From Chlamydiales bacterium (GTDB lineage Bacteria; Chlamydiota; Chlamydiia; Chlamydiales; SM23-39), in NCBI GenBank assembly GCA_965261025.1, contig OZ253438.1, positions 1,200,001-1,232,000 of the forward strand: DNA of 32,000 bases, read 5' to 3'. The translations under genes and the position numbers were made by a program. The first letter of the stretch is position 1. Each line of letters opens with the position of its first letter. Below are positions 1 to 6,464 of this stretch, in pieces. Under the pieces are notes generated by a model that saw nothing but the letters and a program-made list of their open reading frames with translations, was not told where the DNA came from and searched no databases.

Positions 1-147
1 TTTTTTTGCATACTCTTTTCGAAATCAAACAAGAGGTTATTTTTAAGTGTTGTAGGACCTTTTGGCAAGAACTCTTTGTGATTTTTATGCTAATTTTTTT
101 TTATCCTGCAAGAAAAAAGAGGCAATTTTTAAAAAAAGGTTTTTCCT

Positions 148-990
148 ATGTTTTCCTATTGCTTGCCTAAGGAGGAAGAGACTTTAGAGCAATACGAGGA
201 AAAGGCGGCAAAGATAAGAGCCTTTCAAGAGAATCCCTTGCCCTTTCTAGAAAGGGAAAAAATTACCCTTCCTTTTTCTCTAGAAGATAAGGTGGCAGAA
301 CCTGATTGGGATTGGGTAAGAGCTTTTTTACGGGACAAGTTTGATATTTCTCCTTCTTTTTTGTCTGCTTTTTATTCAAATCGAGGTCTTTTTTTCTGGC
401 AAGGAGCCCAAACCTGGATTTTTGAAAAGGAAGGGTTTTTTCTTCTTCAGATTCGAAAGAATTTTAAAAAGGGGAACCTACTTTTCTATTCTAAAGAAGA
501 GGTTTTATCCCATGAAGCAGTACATGCATTTCGTTTTGATAGGAAAGAGTCTTTTTTTGATGAAATTTTTGCCTATTTGACTTCTCCTCGTCTTTTTCGG
601 AGGATTTTTGGTCCTCTATTTCAAAAAAACAGGGAAGTGTTTTTTCTTTTTCTTTTTGCTTTTTCTCCCTTTCTCTTTCTGGGTTTTTCCCCTTTTTTGG
701 GACTTTGTAGTTTTTTAGGTTTTTTGCTGCTTTTTGGGTTTTCTCTAATTCGGTTAGCCTATTACCATAATCTTTTTAAAAAGGCCTATAAAGCTTTGGA
801 GAAATTTGCAGAAAAAAAAGATATTTTTCCGATCTTAGTTCGTTTAGAAGGAAAAGAAATCAAAGAGATAGCTAAAATGGCTTCTTCTAGCTTAAGAGAA
901 TTTTTTGAAGAAAAGAAAAAAGACTCTTTAAGGTGGGAGATGATAGAAAAAACCTATTTTTCCCAAAATAGAGAAAAAAGATTCGAATAA
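148..990 (+). CDS. hypothetical membrane protein with an HExxH zincin-like motif and a central double-hydrophobic hairpin
   Basis: 280-codon ATG ORF. HEAVH lies at aa 122-126 (nt 511-525), followed by D138-E139. A Phe/Leu-rich hydrophobic stretch of about 40 aa (aa ~164-203, nt 637-756) is interrupted by Gly/Ser/Pro. The C-terminal tail is charged. There is a 14-nt gap to the next same-strand ORF. No family recognised. Confidence 0.6.
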   Translation: MFSYCLPKEEETLEQYEEKAAKIRAFQENPLPFLEREKITLPFSLEDKVAEPDWDWVRAFLRDKFDISPSFLSAFYSNRGLFFWQGAQTWIFEKEGFFLLQIRKNFKKGNLLFYSKEEVLSHEAVHAFRFDRKESFFDEIFAYLTSPRLFRRIFGPLFQKNREVFFLFLFAFSPFLFLGFSPFLGLCSFLGFLLLFGFSLIRLAYYHNLFKKAYKALEKFAEKKDIFPILVRLEGKEIKEIAKMASSSLREFFEEKKKDSLRWEMIEKTYFSQNREKRFE

Positions 991-1004
991 AAAAGGAAGA
1001 GTAT

Positions 1005-1961
1005 ATGACCCAGTTGATAGAGATAGAAGAGATAAAATCCCTTTCTCCTTCCGAAGCAGCCGATAGATCCTTAGAGCTTTGTAGAGGTTTGGAAAGAGGG
1101 GATATTCTTTTTTTCCCCAAGATCCCTTTCTCCTTTTTGGAAGAAGACGTAGCTTTTTTATTAAAGCAAAAGCAATCGGGCAAAAAAGGGAGAAAAAATG
1201 TAGCTTTCAAACCCCTTTTAGATAAGATCTCTAACCATGCAGGAGCTTGCCACGAAGAAAAAAAGAGGCTTCATGAGATAATGCGTGGTTTTTGCCATGA
1301 GGTAAATCTGATCTTATCAAAGCTACTTACTCCTTATGCGGCAAAATGGAAGATTGACTATGCAAGCTTTCGTCCCTTTCAGGAAAAGGGAAGGAATTTG
1401 CGTCTTACAGCAAGAAATGATTTACTACACTTTGATGCGTTTGCTTCTAGACCTATGCATGGGGATAGAATTCTTCGTTTTTTTGTAAATATCAATCCAA
1501 CTCTTTGTAGGAAGTGGATTACCGCTTCTTCTTTTGAAGAGACTTTTCAAAATTTTTTGAAAAACAGGGAAATTTCCCTTCCTAAAGCTGCCTATCACTT
1601 TTCTGTAAAATGGCGGGAAAGATGTAAAGGGTTAGCCAGGCATCTAGGGCTCCCTGTTACCCTACGCTCTCCCTATGATACCTTTATGCTACGCTTTCAT
1701 CATTTTTTGAAAAAAAATCAAAGGTTTCAAGAAAAAGTGGAGAAAAAACATTGGGAGTTTCCTCCTTTTTCCTGTTGGGCTGTTTTTACAGATCAGGTAA
1801 GTCATGCTGCCTTAGAAGGGCAATATGCTTTGGAGCAAACTTTTTTGGTCCCTAGAGAAGTTTTATTAAATCCAGAAAAAGCCCCTATTTCTGTTTTGGA
1901 AAGGCTTTCCAAAGAGGTAATGACCTCTAATTATGCTCTATCTCGGAGAGAAGTTTCCTAG
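1005..1961 (+). CDS. kdoO: Kdo hydroxylase-like Fe(II)/alpha-ketoglutarate dioxygenase (KdoO / Kdo_hydroxy family-like)
   Basis: 318-aa ATG ORF with AGGAAG 7 nt upstream. HxD motif at H142-F-D144 (nt 1428-1436) and a distal His at H267 (nt 1803-1805). The segments LERGDILFFP, RILRFFVNINP and KWI match my recollection of the KdoO family pattern. Length is about 300 aa, as in that family. Assigned from memory, not by search. Confidence 0.55.
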   Translation: MTQLIEIEEIKSLSPSEAADRSLELCRGLERGDILFFPKIPFSFLEEDVAFLLKQKQSGKKGRKNVAFKPLLDKISNHAGACHEEKKRLHEIMRGFCHEVNLILSKLLTPYAAKWKIDYASFRPFQEKGRNLRLTARNDLLHFDAFASRPMHGDRILRFFVNINPTLCRKWITASSFEETFQNFLKNREISLPKAAYHFSVKWRERCKGLARHLGLPVTLRSPYDTFMLRFHHFLKKNQRFQEKVEKKHWEFPPFSCWAVFTDQVSHAALEGQYALEQTFLVPREVLLNPEKAPISVLERLSKEVMTSNYALSRREVS

Positions 1962-3186
1962 TATTTTGAGAGGGGATCTTGAGGTTTAAGCGATATTTTG
2001 AGATGGTTCTCCTCGATAAAAAGAGTCCCTCTTCTCTCATTTTTTTACAAAGAGCTTCGTCAGAGAAAGGCTTTTTCTTATCCTCTTTTTTCAAAAGTTC
2101 TCGCAGTTTTTCCTTGGCTCTTTTTTCGGAGTAATGCTCACTTTTTGGTAAAGCAGAGCTGAGGAGATCTTTTAGAAAAAAAAGTCCTTTTTCTGTTTCT
2201 AGCGTTTTCTCTTGAATAGCTCTAGAAATAGTAGAGGGGTGCATTTTGAGCTCTTTTGCAATTTGCTTGATACTAAGAGGCTTTAGTTCCCGATTTTCAT
2301 ATAAAAAATCCTGTTGTGCCTCCACTATGTAGGAGCCAATTTTTTCTAAAGTGACCTTTCTTTTAGCTAAAGCCTTTACCAAAAAATTTCCCCGAGCTCG
2401 AAAAGAGGAGAATTGTTGTTTTTCTTCTTTAGGGAGTCCTTTTAAATAGAAGTACTCTTTCTTCCAGGAAATAAGAGTCAAAGGTTTTTTATACTCTACT
2501 TTTTTCCCCTGCTTTACTTGTAAATCTATCCACAAAGGAGAAGAAAAAGAAGAAGAAAAAGAAGAAGCAGGAGAAAAACAGAGCGGTTTTATCTCTCTTT
2601 TTATTAAAGAAAGAAGCTCTTTTCTACTGAGGCGGAATTTTTTTTCTATCACAGAAAATCCCCCCTGAAAAAGAGGAGAAAAACATTTTTCTATGATTTG
2701 ATAGCTTAGGGAATTTTCTAACTTTTTCTCTTTCAGCTGGAAAAGGAGGCATTCCTGCAGATCTTTAGCAAAAGATCCTATAGGATCCAGGGTTTTTAAT
2801 ACCTTTAAAACCGTTTCAACGGGTTTTTCTAGAAAGTGAAATTCCCTCGCAAAAGTTTTTATTTCCTCTACAAAAAAACCTTCTTTTGTCAAACTCCCTA
2901 TGATTGTTTGGGCTATTTCCCAATGAAGAGGATCAGAAAAGCCGCTTTTGGCTTGGATTAATAGGTGTTGTTGAAACGAAGGGGTATAAGGGACTTGTAA
3001 GGCTTCTTTTTCTTCTTTGGACAAAAGGGGAAGATCCATTTCAAGAAGAGGGTTTTTTTCTATTTCTTGGGCAACCCACTCTTCTAGCTCTTTTTGGTTC
3101 ATCTGAAGCACTTTGAGCATTTGTTGCATTTGGGAAGAGTTTTGTATGCTGGTTTCTATTCGGCTCTCGTTTTTGGGGCTTAGCAT
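1927..3186 (-). CDS. rpoN: RNA polymerase sigma-54 factor
   Basis: 419 aa. Gln/Leu-rich region I (SSQMQQMLKVLQMNQKELEEW). Core-binding region (ARGNFLVKALAKRKVTLEKIGSYIVEAQQDFL). HTH (STISRAIQEKT). C-terminal RpoN box (SRRTISKYR). Confidence 0.92.
   Translation of the reverse strand: MLSPKNESRIETSIQNSSQMQQMLKVLQMNQKELEEWVAQEIEKNPLLEMDLPLLSKEEKEALQVPYTPSFQQHLLIQAKSGFSDPLHWEIAQTIIGSLTKEGFFVEEIKTFAREFHFLEKPVETVLKVLKTLDPIGSFAKDLQECLLFQLKEKKLENSLSYQIIEKCFSPLFQGGFSVIEKKFRLSRKELLSLIKREIKPLCFSPASSFSSSFSSPLWIDLQVKQGKKVEYKKPLTLISWKKEYFYLKGLPKEEKQQFSSFRARGNFLVKALAKRKVTLEKIGSYIVEAQQDFLYENRELKPLSIKQIAKELKMHPSTISRAIQEKTLETEKGLFFLKDLLSSALPKSEHYSEKRAKEKLRELLKKEDKKKPFSDEALCKKMREEGLFLSRRTISKYRLNLKIPSQNTRKLLSEIEHN
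2540..2563. repeat. perfect 12-nt tandem duplication (gaagaaaaagaa x2, plus partial third copy) inside rpoN
   Basis: Read directly: 2540-2551 equals 2552-2563. It is in frame on the minus strand and encodes SSFS-SSFS within the low-complexity linker ASSFSSSFSSP. Confidence 0.8.
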
Positions 3187-3263
3187 AAAATTTTTCTCCT
3201 TAATTTTTTGTTTAGAAAGGAAAGAAGTTTTTTCCTAGGAAAATATTGTGGAATAGAAAAGAG

Positions 3264-4226
3264 ATGGGACTCAAAGCAGCTATTTTTTGCCACAGTGGAC
3301 TCGGTGATGGGATTATTTCTCTAACCTTGTCACATAATTTTCATCAAAATGGATGGAAAGTGATAACCTATCATAACGGCTTAGCTGCTTTACAACCTTG
3401 GTTTCCTCACCTTTTAGTTCAAAGTTATCCAAAATTGGGAGAAAAAGAGGAAATTTTACAAACATTTGATCAGATTGTGGTATTTCACAATGACAGTAAT
3501 CCTTTTGTTTTACAGATCATCGAAGAGGGAAAACAAAAGTTTCCTGAAAAGGTAAAGGTAATCTATCCCTATCCTACCAAAGGGATTTATCAAAGGCCTT
3601 TTTATAAGGACTCTTTTTTAGATCCTACCAAGCCGTTGATCAAGGAATTAAAACGGTTTTGTCAAGAGAGCCTTTCTTTGGAAAAGACAACACTAGAAAA
3701 CGGATTTATTGCTCCTTTACATTTGCTATATAGGAAAAATCAAAATAGAGTGGTTCTACATATAAATAGTTCTAGAGAAGGCAAAAACTGGCCTATTACC
3801 AAATATGTAAAGCTCGCTTTACATTTAAAAAAACGAGGATATGAACCTGTTTTTATCGCAGGATCTGAAGAAGAGAGAAAGCCGTATCTTTGGCTTGAAA
3901 AAAAGGGGTGGAAAGTGCCCCTTTTTAAGAATTTAAACCAGCTTACCTCCTATTTCTATGAGGCAGGATTTTTCATAGGGAATGATTCGGGGTTGGGTCA
4001 TTTAGCTTCTTGTATGAAAATCCCTACGGTTACTATTAGTAGAAGAAAAAGAGTAGCTCGTTTTTGGAGGCCTAGTTGGACTTTTTCTAAAATTGTGTAT
4101 CCTTATTCTTGGATTCCCAACATAGGGGGCTTTCGTTTAAGAGATAGAAAATGGAAGTCTTTTATTTCTGCAAAAAGAGTACTTAAGGTGTTTTTGAAAC
4201 TAGTAGAGGAAGAATCTTCTGTTTAA
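3264..4226 (+). CDS. glycosyltransferase family 9 (LPS heptosyltransferase-like)
   Basis: GT9 C-terminal signature GNDSGLGHLASCMKIPTVTI. N-terminal GLGDGI-type motif (AIFCHSGLGDGIISL). The ORF track starts at TTG 3246, but ATG 3264 (MGLKAAIF...) fits the family N-terminus better. Confidence 0.8.
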   Translation: MGLKAAIFCHSGLGDGIISLTLSHNFHQNGWKVITYHNGLAALQPWFPHLLVQSYPKLGEKEEILQTFDQIVVFHNDSNPFVLQIIEEGKQKFPEKVKVIYPYPTKGIYQRPFYKDSFLDPTKPLIKELKRFCQESLSLEKTTLENGFIAPLHLLYRKNQNRVVLHINSSREGKNWPITKYVKLALHLKKRGYEPVFIAGSEEERKPYLWLEKKGWKVPLFKNLNQLTSYFYEAGFFIGNDSGLGHLASCMKIPTVTISRRKRVARFWRPSWTFSKIVYPYSWIPNIGGFRLRDRKWKSFISAKRVLKVFLKLVEEESSV

Positions 4227-6298
4227 AAAGAGGCAAGTTTGGCGTATTTTGCTACCAAAGAGCGAAGAGTCTGTCCCTGCAGAAAAAAAACATCATAGGT
4301 AGTTCCGTAGGAAGTATGGTATACCCTTTGAATTACTCCTTCCCCAAATTCGGGGTGTCTTACCTTAGCTCCCGCTTTAAAGGAAGAGGGGTTTTGGTTT
4401 TCTTCAAAGAGAGAGGTCTTTTTTTGACTTGGCTCTAGTAGGTTTTCCGGAGGAATTTCCTGTAAAAAGCGGGAGGGTTTCATAATTCTTGGGGAGCCCC
4501 AGACGTATCTACGAATACAGGAGAGGAGGAAAAGATATTTTTTGGCTCGTGTCATCCCTACATAAAAAAGTCTTCTTTCTTCTTCTAGCTTTTCTTCTTC
4601 CTCTTTCGCATTGATGTGGGGTAAGAGATCCTCCTCTAAACCACTGATAAAAACGGCTTCAAACTCCAGGCCTTTTCCATTATGAAAAGTCATGAGCTTT
4701 ATCCCAGAGGTTTTTTCGACTCCTTTGGTTTGTAAAGAGATGTCTTCTAAAAAGGCTTGTAAAGAAATCGTTTCAGAAGCTTCTTGCCATTCTACGGCTT
4801 TTGATAAAAGAGCTTCTAGGTTCTCTTTCCGATCTTGAAATGTTTCTAAATCTTGCTTGAGATAAAGAAGGTAGTTTGTCTCTTGCAAAAGAGTTTCTAG
4901 GATAGAAAGAATTGAAGTAGAAGAGCTGGTTTTTTCTCGTAATCTCAGAATTAGATCAATATAAGCTTTTAAAGCTTGTTGTTGCGCTCCTCTTAGAGAA
5001 AGATGGGCGAAATTTTTTTCACAAAAAGAGAAGAGGGGCTCTTTTGCCTTTTCTGCTAAAGCAGCTATTTTCTGTAGACTAGTTTTTCCCAAGCCTTTCT
5101 GTGTTAGAAAAAGGGTTCTTTCCAAGGAGATTAGATCAGAAGAAGAGAGGATCATCTTCATAAAAGCTAAGATATCTTTGATCTCTTTTCTTTGGTAAAA
5201 AGAGATTCCTCCGATGATTTCATAAGCCATATTTTTAGAAAGGAAAAGATCTTCAAAGAGACGGGACTGGGCATTGGTTCTGTAAAATATTACCATTTCT
5301 TCCAAAGGTACTTTTTTTTCTTTTTGTAAGAAGGTAATCTTTTCCCAAAGATAGAGCATTTCTTCTCTCTCGCTAGGAGCATAGAAAAGGGAGATTTTTT
5401 CTCCTTCTCCTAAACTGCTCCATAGATTTTTTTCGTAGCGGTTTGAGTTATGAGAGATAAGGTGGTTAGAAGCCTGTAAAATATGGTGGGTGCTTCTATA
5501 GTTTTGTTCTAAGGCTAAGGTAGAAGCGCCTTCAAAGTCAGAAGAAAAGTGTAAAATATTTTGATATCTAGCACCCCTCCAGGAATAGATAGACTGATCA
5601 GGATCTCCCACAGCAAAAAGATTTTTATGAGAAGAAACCAAGAGTTTGGTCAAGACATACTGAGCATAGTTGGTATCTTGATATTCATCGATCAAGACAA
5701 AAAGCCAGCGATGTTGATATTGATGCAATAGGGCTTTTTCTGCTTTGAGCAGTGTTACGCTAAGATATAAAAGATCATCGAAATCAAGGGCGTTACACTC
5801 TTTGAGTTTTCTTTGATACAAAGCGTAAGCTTTAGAAAAAAAAGGAGAAATAGAAGTATCTTCTGGACCGAGCAAATCATTTTTATAGGAAGAAATAGCC
5901 TTTTTTAGGGCCTTCAAAGTGGTTTTTTCTTCCTTTACTTCAAGGGTTTGTAGACAAGTTTTCAAAAGCTTTAGACTATCTTCTTCATCATAGATAGTAA
6001 AATCGGGCAGGTATCCCAAAAAAGAGATCGATTCTCTTAAGATACGGGCTCCCAAACTATGGAAGGTACAGGTAAGAATTTTTTGTCCTGTAAGAGACCA
6101 CACCCTCTTTTTCATCTCTTCCGCCGCCTTATTGGTAAAGGTAACAGCTAAGATATCCTCTGGCAAAATCCCTTTTTGTAAAAGATGGGCAATTCTATAG
6201 GTTACGATGCGTGTTTTTCCCGATCCAGCCCCGGCTAGAACCAAGAGGGGACCTTCTTCATGTTCTACTGCTTTTTTCTGCTGAGGATTTAAGGGCAT
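4223..6298 (-). CDS. uvrD: ATP-dependent DNA helicase, UvrD/PcrA/Rep family (SF1)
   Basis: 691 aa. Walker A AGAGSGKT. Motifs TFTNKAA, DEYQDTN, VGDPDQSIYSWRGA, QNYRST, TFHNGKGLEF and YVGMTRAK. C-terminal GAKVRHPEFGEGVI Tudor-like tail. The stop overlaps the GT9 stop region by 4 nt (convergent). Confidence 0.94.
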   Translation of the reverse strand: MPLNPQQKKAVEHEEGPLLVLAGAGSGKTRIVTYRIAHLLQKGILPEDILAVTFTNKAAEEMKKRVWSLTGQKILTCTFHSLGARILRESISFLGYLPDFTIYDEEDSLKLLKTCLQTLEVKEEKTTLKALKKAISSYKNDLLGPEDTSISPFFSKAYALYQRKLKECNALDFDDLLYLSVTLLKAEKALLHQYQHRWLFVLIDEYQDTNYAQYVLTKLLVSSHKNLFAVGDPDQSIYSWRGARYQNILHFSSDFEGASTLALEQNYRSTHHILQASNHLISHNSNRYEKNLWSSLGEGEKISLFYAPSEREEMLYLWEKITFLQKEKKVPLEEMVIFYRTNAQSRLFEDLFLSKNMAYEIIGGISFYQRKEIKDILAFMKMILSSSDLISLERTLFLTQKGLGKTSLQKIAALAEKAKEPLFSFCEKNFAHLSLRGAQQQALKAYIDLILRLREKTSSSTSILSILETLLQETNYLLYLKQDLETFQDRKENLEALLSKAVEWQEASETISLQAFLEDISLQTKGVEKTSGIKLMTFHNGKGLEFEAVFISGLEEDLLPHINAKEEEEKLEEERRLFYVGMTRAKKYLFLLSCIRRYVWGSPRIMKPSRFLQEIPPENLLEPSQKKTSLFEENQNPSSFKAGAKVRHPEFGEGVIQRVYHTSYGTTYDVFFLQGQTLRSLVAKYAKLASF

Positions 6299-6464
6299 AA
6301 GTGGGCCGTAGTGTACAAAATCCTTCTAGTTTTTTTAAAGGCCTTTGATTGACAAGAAAAGCAAAAAAAAATTCATCCAGGACAAATATTTTTTCTTTTT
6401 TCCCCTTTGCCTTTTTTAGCAAGAAAGCATATAACGCCCACTTTTCATCTAGTGGCGGTAGGGT

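Noticed and set aside
1-147. Possible start of a minus-strand gene leaving the window (cat at 9-11 = ATG), and a TTGGCA-N18-TATGCT promoter-like pair at 62-91 for the first ORF.
   Set aside because: Only three codons of the putative gene are visible. The promoter match is weak (5/6 and 4/6) in T-rich DNA, where such matches are common.
341-1210. Nested +2-frame ORF 341-580 and antisense ORF 887-1210.
   Set aside because: Both overlap longer ORFs with better support (148-990 and 1005-1961). Their products are low-complexity Phe/Leu/Lys/Ser strings typical of T-rich DNA.
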